This document shows, one piece after another, positions 51,471 through 64,000 of a stretch of DNA of 64,000 nt. The notes under the pieces are model-generated. The model was not told the origin of the DNA. It saw only the letters and a program-made list of their open reading frames with translations, and did no database searches. Both the position numbers and the translations under genes were made by a program. Location of the stretch: the NCBI GenBank assembly GCA_951406725.2, contig OX597819.1, forward strand, positions 13,020,001-13,084,000. Reading direction: 5' to 3'. Position 1 is the first letter of the stretch. Every line of letters starts with the position of its first letter. The DNA comes from Octopus vulgaris. Taxonomy: Eukaryota.

Positions 51471-52974
51471 ATCATTCTGTTTGTTCCAATGTAATATTAG
51501 ATTAATGCCTGTTAGAGAAGGGTCCCAGACCTTGCCTGAACCAACCTGTGATCAATGAAGTTCCAGCCATGACCATCACAGTTCTTTGTACATATTCAAC
51601 TACATTTTCCAATGCATTCTTCTTTATCCAAGACTGAAGGATGTAATTTGAAGGATATTGGGTGCTATTTCTAGCAGGTCAAACGACAGCATAGAGAATC
51701 ACTTATATTGTTGTTTAGAAGGCGGCGAGCTGGCAGAAACGTTAGCACACCGGGCGAAATGCGTAGCTGTATTTCGTCTGCCGTTACGTTCTGAGTTCAA
51801 ATTCCGCCGAGGTTGACTTTGCCTTTCATCCTTTCAGGGTCGATAAATTAAGTACCAGTTACGCACTGGGGTCGATGGAATCGACTTAATCGCTTTGTCT
51901 GTCCTTGTTTGTCCTCTCTGTGTTTGGCACCTTGTGGGTAGTAAAGAAATATATATTGTCGTTTAGATCACCCCATCAACACTGAATCAGCAGACCTATG
52001 ATCAAAAGCATTCCAGCCATGAGCATCCCATCTATTTTTTTCTCAGACCTATTGTAACAAAGATGGCATTATCAATTTCTTTTTTCCCCAAGATGCTACT
52101 GTGGTTTGAGAGAGATTTGGCTGCTATTTTTAGCAAGTTGGTCAACCATGTAGAGGCTTCCTTCTTGTCATGAACTGGTAATACAAGAACCTCCATACCC
52201 TATGGAGACATTTCACTCTTCTAGCTTTATCTTAATAGCCATCAAGACTCTAGTCATTGTCGTCAGCCAGTGAGCTTCAGGCCCAGCCAAATTGATCAGC
52301 CACAACACCCAGCTCTTCTAGACATGGCACCACAGATCCTCTCTGAAAGTCCACCCTATTTATCATAGATGGAATGACTCATTGACACAGCAGTGTCTGT
52401 GTAGTTTTATTTACCATTTTGTAATAACCACTGGCTTGTCTGTCTGTCTGCCTCACTGATCAGGGTGGGGGTGGTGGAGATTTCTGAACCAATGAATGAA
52501 TGAAAGTATGTATGTTTGTGTGTTTGCAGGTCTTTGCATCATACATACATGTGTGTGTGTGTGTGTGTATGACAGGAAACATGTATGCATATATATACGT
52601 ACGTAGGCATACATAGGTACATACTTGTTTCTGTGTGTATGTGTGTATGTATGTGTGTGTGTATGTATGTATGTGTGTGTGTGTGGAGTTCCTTATCAGA
52701 TAATATTTCAAATGGTTTTAACATATCTCTCAAACGTTAAAAACCTATCCATGATTACGGTACATGTATGTGTATATATATATACACACACACACACACA
52801 CATAGATATACATATTTATGGTGTGTGTTTCTTGATGTAACAGATCAGGATGTAGTAGCATGTAACCACTCCACTGTTTTTTATGCTACCAAGGAATTAA
52901 AAAGTATTTTGCATCAATTTTCTCAACAAGTGACTGGTTTAACCAGGAAATACAGCAAAACCAATACACTTGAT

Positions 52975-53361
52975 TCATGTGTGTGTACACACACATATAT
53001 ATATGTAAAATATGTGTGTCTGTATGTATATATTTGTATGGTTGTGTGTGTATGTATGTATATATATATATATTTGTATGTTTGTTGTGTGTGTATGTAT
53101 GTATATATATATATTTGTATGTTTGTGTGTGTATATATATATATATTTGTATGTTTGTTTGTGTGTGTATATATATATGTTTGTGAGTGTGTATATATAT
53201 ATTTGTATGTATGTGTTTATATATATTTGTATGTTTGTGTGTGTGTTTATATATATTTGTATGTTTGTGTGTGTGTGTGTGTATATATATATATACATTT
53301 GTATGTTTGTGTGTGTGTGTATATATATATATATTTGTATGTTTGTATATATATATATTTT

Positions 53362-53392
<31 letters not shown>

Positions 53393-53504
53393 TTGTATAT
53401 TTGTGTGTGTGTATATATATATATATATTTGTATGTTTGTGTATATATATATATATATATATTTGTGTGTGTGTGTGTATATATATATATACATATATAT
53501 ATAC

Positions 53505-53564
<60 letters not shown>

Positions 53565-53640
53565 ATGTTTGTGCGTGCGTATATATACAGATATATGTAT
53601 GTATACACACATACACACACATGTACATGTGCTCAAACAC
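52975..53640. repeat. Compound minisatellite TTTGTATGTTT(GT)n(AT)n
   Basis: Direct reading; source of the many Y/I/V/C-rich ORFs. Confidence 0.92.
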
Positions 53641-54529
53641 ATACCTACGCATATTTGTTTATCTATTTATACGTGTCATGCTCATTTTAAGCTTCTATCC
53701 TGTTGAATTTTGGGTGGTACTGAGGAAATGAAGCCAGGATAATCACTAATAAATCTACGAGATAAACTCTATCCACCCTTAACTTGAAATATATCGGCAA
53801 CATTGAAATGCAATTAATAAATCACATTTCTAATTGATTTCATTGCTAATCATTGTTCTGCTGTTGAGTGAAGAAAACTCACACACCCATGCATGTGTGC
53901 TTCACATTAATAAATACATACTAATACAAGCATAGCCATACATGTACACACACACACACACACCATTCTCTCACCTACACTCATATCAACAGTGATACAC
54001 TCCTATATGTATGCTTACACATTTACCCCTTCCTTCCTTGTTAACTCTTCCCTGTAGAACAATATTCACACCTGAACTCTACATCCTTACCTGTTTTTTT
54101 TTTCTTATCCCTTCTCCTTAACCACTTTTTCTTTTTCACTCCTCCTCTAATTTTCTTCCGATGAAGGACTTACATCCAAAACATTAAAACTTTTTTCCTT
54201 CTTTTCTAAAAGCTTTAAACTAATACAATATTTATTTGACTTGTCCCATTCCACCTGTGTTATCTCTTTTGTCTTGTTTTCTTTAGGGACTTCACTATAA
54301 ATACCGGGCCAAAATTTCGTTTCCTCAAAAGTATGCTGGAAATCCTTTTTATAATAAGTACTAGGCTTACAAAGAATAAGTCCTGGGGTCGATTTGCTTG
54401 ACTAAAGGTGGTGCTCCAGCATGGCCGCAGTAAAATGGCTGAAACAAATATAAGTGTTATGTCTGAGATTCTTCATTTAAGATACATTAGTTAATTCTGC
54501 TATAACTTTCTTTTTCTCTTGCTTTGCTT

Positions 54530-54640
54530 CATAGAACCTCCTTCACAATTTCTTCATCAGTAAGAACTTGATTGCCAGGACCTCCTCCATCATTTTCAAG
54601 CCCTTCCAAAACCTCATCTTCAGATGTTTGCCAACAGAAT
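54530..54640 (-). mobile_element. Tigger/pogo-like transposase C-terminal remnant
   Basis: TSEDEVLEGLENDGGGPGNQVLTDEEIVKEVL resembles the acidic LTDEEI tail of Tigger/jerky proteins. Confidence 0.55.
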
Positions 54641-54699
54641 TTTTACTCCACTTGTTACCATCCCAGACTGACAGATGTTATATAAGCTCCCCTTTAGCT

Positions 54700-55200
54700 G
54701 CTCCAAGATAATTGAGGGGATGTGGTCTTCCAGCACAACATCAACTTTCTTGCTGAGAGCAAAGGCCACATCATACCATAAAATGAATACTGGCATATTG
54801 TTACTATACACTTGAAGCAACAAAATTTCTATCAAGGATTCTGAAAACTGTACCGGCTTTTAAAGTTGACTACAAATGATTCCAAAAATGGTTGCTGCCC
54901 ATCAACTAACAAAACGATCTTTGATGGACAAGGTGCAGTGATTTTGAACTTACAGACTCACTTCAGTCAGAGGTATGATCCTTTTGTGAACCTACTCTAC
55001 CATGGTTCATTTACTAAAGAGTTACTCAGAGATTTTACAGATTCTGTTCTCTACGTATGGAAATTGGATGCACCAACCATCTTGGAAGTACATAAAGAGA
55101 GCCACAAACTGAAGAACAAGGCTCCAGGTAAAGGCAGCCTATATGATGAGAATTTAAAAAATGGTTCTGATACTGTGGTTCTTTATTTGCACCATTACTG
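54700..55200 (+). mobile_element. Decayed RTE-like LINE linker region
   Basis: LDAPTILEVHKESHKLKNKAPGKGSLYDENLKNG matches the PTxxEVxxAIxxLKxxKAPGxDxIxxExLK motif. Confidence 0.7.
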
Positions 55201-56910
55201 AACTAAAAAATTAGAATTAAAAAGAAAAAAGTGTAAAGTGTTATCAAGGCTGTCTAGTGTGACTTGAGAACAGAGAGGAAAATACAGGAGGTATGATTGT
55301 TTCAATAGTTATATACTGATCCATTTTTATATACAGAAATAAGCTTGTAAAGATTAATTAAGAATATCGGACTATATTGTTATAAAGTATAATGAAATAA
55401 AGAGTGTCTGTTTGTGGGGTTAAGACTGGAGAACTGAAAAAGGGATTAGAGAGATTATGTGATCTTTTCCTGCTGAATTGTAAGTATTGATGTAGTCAGT
55501 TAGTTGGAGTTTTTTTATAGTTCTTTTAAAGTTTTTCAGTGGGTATTTACAGAAATGTCAACATTTTGTGAAGATTTCTGATTTAACATTCAAGTGGTTT
55601 CAGAATAATTGATAAGTTTTAGTATGAAGTACTTCTCAACTCTAAACATTTTTTCCCACAGCTTTTCTTCATTTCCATATCATTGGCATCTCTAGCGGAT
55701 CTTTCACTTGATATGCAAGTGAGAAACAAGTTCTTTCAAACTCCAGACAATGAGATAGTTTTATTGTATTTCTTCTTTTCTAAGAAAGAGGAGTTCTGGT
55801 TGAAGTATTGTTGCTTAAATTGAGCTTTCTCCATACCTGCATAGTTTTTACACTTGATGTTAAAGTTTGTTGTAGGTGGAGATGATTTCTGTTTTTTACA
55901 TTATTGTTTCAGCATTGCATATCTGCTTAAGTAAACATGCATTTGTGTTTCTGCATGTGCAGTTAGCATCAGTTAAAATTACTAAGTTTTTCATAGTGGT
56001 AGTGAAGCTGTAAGTCAGTTTAATATTGTTTCTATTGAATAGTTTTCTACAATGGTGGCTGAATAAGGAAATGCTTATTAAAACTAAGAGGTTATTAGCA
56101 ATATTAGACTTACCGTTTGAGAAAAACGGTGGTGTAAATCAGATAATATGAAATTAGATTAAATAATTCTGATAATTAGGTAAATCAGATAGACTGATTT
56201 GTATATATAACGCAATATTGATGGCAATGTTGATTAAATTAGTGGTGCATTAACAAACAAGGTGCTTATAGCTCTCTTTACAGACAGCATTGACTAAAAT
56301 CAGATATAGTCCTTAGTTTAGCAGTGAAACAAAATCCTGTTCATGCTCCAGTAATTGTGTTAACCGAACCAGTTGGCAAGAATACATTATATATGCAAAT
56401 CAGTTGATTTCATTTATGTATGACTTCAGTGTAAAAGTCGATTCATAAGCAATATCTCGGGGGAGAGTTAACAAAAAGGGTATCATCTGGTTGTTAAAGA
56501 AATCCCGACACAAGACTGAAACTAATTTCTCCTGTTCTATGAAGACACTGCATATAAATGGTATTTACTTTTATCTGTTGCAGTGTTGGTTATAAAATAT
56601 AGATTTTTGTTCTGAGGCTACTTTATGACATTGAAACAAAACTCATTTAACACATTACCATTAATGAGGATAATAGCATATTTGTTGTATCTCATGAAAT
56701 ATATGTAGTAGAATGGATTATTATTATTATTATTGATTACTACACTCACAGAGTGGTTGGCGTTAGGAAGGGCATCCAGTCGTAGAAACACTGCCAAATC
56801 TGACTGGGCCTGATGAAGCCTTCCGGCTTCACAGACCCCAGTTAAACCGTCCAACCCATGCTAGCATGGAAAACGGACGCTAAATGATGATGATGATGAT
56901 GATGATGATT

Positions 56911-57462
56911 GAGTGAGAGAGCAGTGTATGCCATCAAAGTGACACTGGGGTAAAATATACGAAACCCAGTATACCCATCATGACTACCCGTCTGATAAGG
57001 GTACACCAGGCACATGCATCACAACCATATGTGCGTGAAATGGTAATCTCATATCAAGATAAACAGCGCATGGCCTTGCAGGTGGGGCCCAGTTAGAATT
57101 TTCTTCTGGTCGAGCAACCCATCCCGCTCAAATGGTCTCTGAATAAGGATTTTTTAAGGATGTTGAACGAACCACCCATGTTTCCAAAGGTGAATTATCC
57201 AAACCTCCAAGAATTCCTTTCAACACATGGCTATGATGCTTCCCTACTACTCCTGCTCATGATCAGGGATGCACATATTGTCAGCCACTAAGGGACATGC
57301 TCAACTGGTTATGGTCAAACAACTGACAAGCAAATATGTGGTATTGAGCAGAATATTTGCTGTAGCCCATCTTTTATACTAAGACAAAACAATGTACATG
57401 ATAACACTTCCATTCAATTAAGATCAGAAGCCATGAGAGTCACTGCCTGGTACTGCATCAGG
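56911..57462 (-). mobile_element. Family D ~550-bp non-coding retroposon-like repeat, longest copy
   Basis: Near-identical to 61083-61529 and 62466-62935; flanked by (GAT)n and (TAT)n. Confidence 0.88.
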
Positions 57463-57687
57463 ATTATTATTATTATTATTATTATTACTACTACTACTAC
57501 TTCTATTATTATTCGCTCTGAATTCAAATGTCACCAATGTTGATTTTTGCATTTAATTTTTCGGGGGGGGGGGGTTGACGAAATAAATAACTGTTGAGCA
57601 CTGGGGCCGATGTAATCAACAGACCCCTTTTCCCAAACTTTCAGGCCTTGTGACTATAGTAGAAAGAATTATTATTGTGATTAATAT

Positions 57688-57920
57688 TGTGGTAAGTAGC
57701 TTGCTTACCAACCGCATGGTTCCGGGTTCAGTCCCACTGTGTGGCACATTGGGCAAGTGTCTTCTACTATAGCCTTGGGCCAACCGAAGCCTTGTGAGTG
57801 GGTTTGGTAGACAGAAACTGAAAGAAGCCTGTTGTATATATATGTGTGTGTGTGTGTGTGTTTGTGTGTGTATGTTTGTGCGTTTGCGTTTGTCCCCCCA
57901 GCATCACTTGACAACTGATG
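57688..57920 (+). mobile_element. SINE family A, 5' part, followed by an RTE finger fragment at about 57985-58053
   Basis: Consensus match; 58004-58053 matches 1005-1054. Confidence 0.8.
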
Positions 57921-58087
57921 TTGGGTAAGAGCCTTGTCAACATTGAAATTATTATCTCTCTTTGGGTATTTACCTTTGAGAGGTACATCTTATGGAGTTT
58001 CTACCTACACCTTTTCTACAGATTGAGTAGGGCCATCTACCTGAAGGGATTTGTTTTCTTCTTCTTCTTCTTCTTATTATTATTATT

Positions 58088-58330
58088 AGGCACAAGGCTT
58101 GAAATTTTTAGGGAGTGGTCCATTCAATTAGATCGACTCCAGTATGCAACTGGTACTTAATTTATCAACCCTGAAAGGACGAAAGGAAAAGTTGATTCCA
58201 CCGGAGTCAACTTTACCTTTCATCCTTTTGGGTGTCGATAAATTAAGTACCAGTTGTGTACTAGGGTTGATTTAATCAACTGGCCTCCTCCCCAAAGATT
58301 TTGCGCCTTGAGCCTATAGTAGAAAAGATT
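58088..58330. mobile_element. Inverted pair of headless family M SINEs
   Basis: Junction AAAGTTGATTCCA-C-CGGAGTCAACTTT; 3' tails point outward into (TTA)n. Confidence 0.75.
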
Positions 58331-58614
58331 ATTATTATTATTAAGAATGTAATAGATTGGCACTATTATTAGTGCCAATGAAAATGCCTTACAGTATACA
58401 ATTCATTTCTGTTCAAGTTCAAATCCTACCGACATTAACTTTGTCTTTAAGTCTTTTAGGGTCAATAAAATAAGTGACTAGTCAACAACCCCTCCCCTCT
58501 AAAATGTATGTCTTTGGTGACTGGGTTGGAAATAATTTCGTGATATTTCTTCTGATTCTTTACCCTCTGAGGTCAATTTTGTCCTTTATCCTTTTTAAGG
58601 TCCACAATATATAT

Positions 58615-58925
58615 AATTCTTTATTGCCCACAAGGGCTAAACATAGAGGGGACAAATAAGGACAGACATTACATCGATTCCAGCTGTCTCTGCCCGCACT
58701 GACTCTAGAAGCTATGGTCTTATGCATTGAGCTTGGATGGTTTACCACCAGGGTGATAGATGCTGGGGACAATGCGGAGACAGTCATAAAGTGTGGGGAT
58801 TTAATTAACCCCAAAAGGATAAAAAGTAAAGTCGACCTCAGCAGAATATGAACTCAGAACGTAACGGCAGACGAAATACTGCAAAGCATTTTGCCCGGCA
58901 TGCTAATGTTTCTGCCAGCTTGCCC
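58615..58925 (-). mobile_element. Family M SINE carrying a ~120-bp foreign insert
   Basis: 58682-58799 replaces the SINE middle and matches 60730-60868. Confidence 0.75.
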
Positions 58926-59790
58926 CAAATATATTACCCATCAAATACTAGGGTCAGTGGTGTCGACTAACCCAACCCTCAAAATTGTTGGCCTTGTGCC
59001 TAAATCAGGGACCATTGTTATTGTTGTGGTGATGGTGTCAGAGGTGGTATTGCTTATGTTGCAGCAGCTGTTGTAGTTATTGGTGTATTTTAAACCCCAG
59101 GTCATCCTCGATCTGGCAGGCTTTGGTCAAAAGCATTTCAAATATGACCATCCTGCCTTTTTTAAGGGTATGTAGGATCATCTTATCTTTTTCTTAATCC
59201 TTTTTTTAAACCAATTGGCTGTGATAAGAGGTAGCTGTTATGAGCTGCTAGAAATAGCAATGAAATCTCCCTCAGATCCCACTTCATTGTTTCATTCTTT
59301 CAGGGTCAGCAAGGATAGCCAATCAAACAAGATTTGGTCAAATGTTTTGTTGTTTTCTTCCAAGACGGGCGATTCTCAATAACAGATATTCCTTATTTCT
59401 AAAAATAGTCAAGCCTTCCATTTGAAGAGATTTGGCAGCTACACTAAGTAGGTTACTTTTGTTGTGGGTGTTTTGCCTCTGTCAGACCTGACAAATGTTC
59501 CACCCATGACCACCCCATCTTTTATCTTTAATGTGGACAAAGCACAATCTCTACTGCAAAGTCGAACTGAATAGTTTAGCTGTTGTGTTCTACAGGGCAT
59601 TGTCCATCTAGGTTTTTCATCTTCATGAGTGTGTGCAAACATGCGTATACATGCATTTTCTTTTATTACTGTATAACCACCACGTGTCAATGAATAAAGT
59701 TCTCCATGATAATTTGACCTGCTAGAAATAGCAGATGTATTAGATATTGAATAATCTAGTCTTAAGATGGGATGGCTAGAGGTAGAAACT

Positions 59791-60383
59791 TATTTCTTTA
59801 TTGCCCACAAGGAGCTAAACACAGAGGGGACAAACAAGGACAGACGAAGGGATTAAGTCGATTATATCGACCCCAGTGCATAACTGGTACTTAATTTATC
59901 GACCCCGAAAGGATGAAAGGCAAAGTCAACCTCGGCGGAATTTGAACTCAGAACGTAAAGACAAACAAAATACCTATTTCTTTACTACCCACAAGGGGCT
60001 AAACACAGAGGGGACAAACAAGGACAGACAAAGGGATTAAGTCGATTATATCGACCCCAGTGCATAACTGGTACTTAATTTATCGATCCCGAAAGGATGA
60101 AAGACAAAGTCAACCTCGGCGGAATTTGAACTCAGAACGTAAAGACAAACAAAATACCTATTTCTTTACTACCCACAAGGGGCTACACACAGAGGGGACA
60201 AACAAGGACAGACAAAGGGATTAAGTCGATTATATCGACCCCAGTGCATAACTGGTACTTAATTTATCGACCCCGAAAGGATGGAAGGCAAAGTCAACCT
60301 CAGTGGAATTTGAACTCAGAAAGTAGCGGCAGACAAAATACCACTAAGTATTTCGCCTGGCATGCAAACGTTTCTGCCAGCTC
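59791..60383 (-). mobile_element. Family M SINE trimer, 184-bp period
   Basis: Units start at 59791, 59975 and 60159; only the last carries the tRNA A-box head. Confidence 0.92.
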
Positions 60384-61082
60384 AGAATCTCTTTGACCAC
60401 TGTTCTGCTTGATCAAAGCTGACCTGGGGTTAAACAGCAACAATGCAAATTAAGCTTTATTAGTACAATAAACTAGTTTTAAGTGGGTTAAAATAAGACA
60501 TGGCTTCTTTGTGGATAAACTATAAAATAAAAATGTACGACTGGTTTTATAGGATTTTTTATGTTTCTTTTTTGATATTTCAGCAGGAAAAGAAAGAAAG
60601 AAAGAAAAAAAAACTGAGGTCATGTAAATTAATGAAAGTAGGTAATTAGAAATTGGAGAACAATCATGATAAGTAGTTAGTAGTAATTAAAGCAGAGCTA
60701 GGTTAATCTAAAGCTGATGGTAGAGAGATAGCTGTCTCTGCCCCACTGACTCTAGAAGCTATGCTCTTAGAGCTGTGGAGCTCTTATGCATTGAGCTTGG
60801 ATGGTTTGCCACCAGGGCGAGAGATGCGGGGGGGAGACAATACTGAGACAGACATAAAGTGTGGGGACTTACATATGATGGAATGATGAAATAATAATAA
60901 TGAAATAATAGATGCAGGACGAAATTTTGTCAGTGAACAGGTTGTGCTTTCAAAGTGATGAAAATATTTTGACATGAATTAAATTTAAATGTTGAAGTGA
61001 ATCTAACGGTTTTTTGTGAGTTTTTTTAAATGGCTTATAAACACCTACGCTGCAATAAAATAATAATAATAATAATAATAAT

Positions 61083-61529
61083 AATATTCTGCTCAATACC
61101 ACAGATTTGCTTGTCAGTTGTTTGACCTTAACCAGTTGAGCATGTCCCTTAGTGGCTGACGATATGTGCATCTCTGATCACGAGCAGAAGTAGTGGGGGA
61201 GCATCATAGCCATGTGTTGAGAGGGATTCTTTGGGGTTTGAATAATTCACCTCTGGAAACATGGGTGGTTCTTTCAACATCCTTAAACAACCCTTATTCA
61301 GGGACCTTTTGAGCAGGATGGGCTACTCAACCTGAAGAAAATTCTAACTGGGCCCCACCTGCAAGGTCATGTGCTGTTTATCTTGATATGAGATCACCAT
61401 GTCGCGCACATATGGTTGTGATGCATGTGCCTGGTGTACCCTTATCAGACGGGTAGTTATGATGGGTATATTGGGCTTCGTATATTTTACCCCAGTATCA
61501 CTTTGATGGCATGAACTGCTCTCTCACTC
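61083..61529 (+). mobile_element. Family D, 5'-truncated
   Basis: (AAT)n on both sides; ends CTCTCACTC. Confidence 0.88.
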
Positions 61530-61547
61530 AATAATAATAGTAAAAAT

Positions 61548-61960
61548 TACTCTTTACTCTTTTACTTGTTTCAGTCATTTGACTGCGGCCATGCTGGAGC
61601 ACCGCCTTTAGTTGAACAAATCGACCCCAGGACTTATTCTTTGTAAGCCTAGTACTTATTCTATCGGTCTCTTTTGCCAAACCGCTAAGTTACAGGGACA
61701 TAAACACACCAGCATCGGTTGTCAAGCGATGTTGGGGAAACAAACAGACTCACAAACATATACACACATACATATACATATATATACATATATATGATGG
61801 GCTTCTTTCAGTTTCCGTCTACCAAATCCACTCACAAGGCTTTGGTCGGCTCGAGGCTATAGTAGAAGACACTTGCCCAAGGTGCCACACAGTGGGACTT
61901 AACCCAGAACCATGTGGTTGGTAAGCAAGCTACTTACCACACAGCTACTCCTACGCCTAT
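61548..61960 (-). mobile_element. SINE family A
   Basis: Full reverse consensus match. Confidence 0.9.
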
Positions 61961-62465
61961 TATTGTTTCAAATTTTGGCACAAGGCCAGCAAGTTCGGGG
62001 GAGGTAGGAAGTCATTAGTACCAGCTGAGCTTAACCGGTACTAATTTTATTGACCTTGAAAGGCTGAAAGGCAAAGTTGACCTTGGCAGATTTTGAACGC
62101 AGAACATAAAGATGGATGAAATACCATTAAGCATTTTGCCTTGTGTGGTAACAATTTTGCTAGCTCGCTACCTAATAATGATAATAATAATAATAACAAT
62201 TATGGTTTCAAATTTTAGTACAAAGCCAGCAATTTCGAGAGGTGTGGGGCTAAGTCAATTACATTGACCCCAGTGTTCAACTGGTACTTATTTTATCAAA
62301 CCTGGAAAGATGAAAGGCAAAGTCGACCTCAGTGGAATTTGAACTCAGGACATAAAGATCCTGAAGAAATGCTGCAAAGCATTTTGTTTGAAGCACTTAT
62401 ATTTCTCCCAGCTCACCACCTTACTAATGCTGCTGCTGCTACTACTAAAAATAATAATAATAATA

Positions 62466-62935
62466 CAGTGGCTCTCATGGCTTCTGATCTTAACTTATTG
62501 GAAGTGTTATCATGTACATTGTTTTGTCTTGGTATAAAAGATGGGCTACAGCAAATATTCTGCTCAATACCACAGATTTGCTTGTCAGTTGTTTGACCTT
62601 AACCCGTTGAGCATGTCCCTTAGTGGCTGACGATATGTGCATCTTTGATCATGAGCAGAAGTAGTGGAGGAGCATCATAGCCATGTGTTGAGAGGGATTC
62701 TTCGAGGTTTGAATAATTCACCTCTGGAAACATGGGTGGTTCTTTCAACATCCTTAAACAACCCTTATTTAGGGACCTTTCGAGTGGGATGGGTTACTCG
62801 ACCTGAAGAAAATTCTAACTGGGCCCCACCTGCAAGGTCATGTGCTGTTATCAGACAGGTAGTCATGATGGGTATACTGGGTTTCGTATATTTTACCCCA
62901 GTGTCACTTTGATGGCATGCACTGCTCTCTCACTC
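62466..62935 (+). mobile_element. Family D with an internal deletion
   Basis: (AAT)n on both sides; lacks about 75 bp between two TTATC microhomologies. Confidence 0.88.
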
Positions 62936-62972
<37 letters not shown>

Positions 62973-63689
62973 GTGACAAGAGCACTCAGAGAGCGCAAAT
63001 CTCTGCTAAGGTAACACCAACGTCCTTTCAATGATTAGCTAGAGATGATTTTTAAAATGAGAATATCTGAAATAAATTCAACTGCTCTCATAAACGAGAA
63101 TACTAAAAAGGAACTTGACTGCTCTCAAAATTTAAGTAAAAAAAACAGGAAAAATAATTAAGAATCTTTGTTTGGTACCAGATTGATCTCAAAATCTAAT
63201 CTGTTCATGCCAGTCACCTTTTCGTCATAGGTCTGACCTGTGCCAAACAACAATCATAGTACTATAGGACATAATCATGGACTATATAGTACGTTTGTTC
63301 TATATGTCTGTGTATATAGTATATCTCTTATATATAGTTTAGATACAAATGCTTTATAAAACACAGTTCTGTGGTTGTTGGTGTTTAGCTCCAGGTCAGC
63401 CTTGACCAAGCAGGCATATGGTCCAGCTATAAGCACTCTTTTATTTTTAATCATAATATATCTAGGACTACTTTATCCAGTCGCTCATTTTATAAATTCA
63501 GTTCAGTATAATTTGAGAGATTTGGTTGCTATTTCTAGTAGGGCAAATCATCATGTAGAACAGCATTTCTCAGCCGGGGTTTCCCAGAACCCTAGGGTTT
63601 TGCAAAAGGTTCCTAGGGGTTCCACGAGAAAGAGTGAGCTAAGCTAACACTAATTTCATGATATATAATTACACATATATATATTATTA

Positions 63690-63894
63690 TTTACTCTTTT
63701 ACTTGTTTCAGTCATTTGACTGTGGCCATGCTGGAGCACCACCTTTAGTCGAGCAAATTGACCCCAGGACTTATTCTTTATAAGCCTAGTACTTATTCTA
63801 TCAAACTGCTAAGTTACAGGGACGTAAACACACCAGCTTTGGTTGTCAAGCAATGTTGGGGAATAAACACAGACACATAAACATATACACACAC

Positions 63895-63969
<75 letters not shown>

Positions 63970-64000
63970 CATATACACACACATATATATGACGGGCTTC
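63690..64000 (-). mobile_element. SINE family A, cut by the window end
   Basis: Reverse match to the 3' half and the internal microsatellite. Confidence 0.88.

Noticed and set aside
52768-53731. Longest ORFs (up to 312 aa) rich in Y/I/V/C/H/T, also at 39257-40183, 36734-37491 and 15115-15968
   Set aside because: Translations of (AT)n/(GT)n microsatellites, open in several frames on both strands.

Overview
AT-rich, microsatellite-dense animal genomic DNA. The repeat content strongly resembles an octopus (coleoid cephalopod) genome; this is an inference from the SINE families. No intact protein-coding gene could be supported, so the window looks intronic or intergenic. Nearly all listed ORFs are microsatellite or SINE artefacts, or decayed transposon frames. 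Contents: dozens of copies of at least six short retroposon-like families (labelled A, B, C, D, E, M here), several with clear target-site duplications, and decayed non-LTR retrotransposon fragments (RTE with a PHD-like finger, RTE-X-like, CR1-like, R4/Dong-like). Also present: a Penelope-like (PLE) reverse-transcriptase remnant interrupted by an internally deleted mariner, several MITEs (piggyBac-, Tc1/mariner-, hAT-type), and long foldback palindromes. The most notable signal is a canonical minimal type I hammerhead ribozyme on the minus strand at 34998-35100, inside a ~220-bp (AT)n-flanked element. Decayed hammerhead-like motifs elsewhere and the PLE RT remnant point to a PLE/retrozyme-type self-cleaving RNA element system. 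Repeat boundaries are by eye and approximate unless TSDs or TIRs are quoted.
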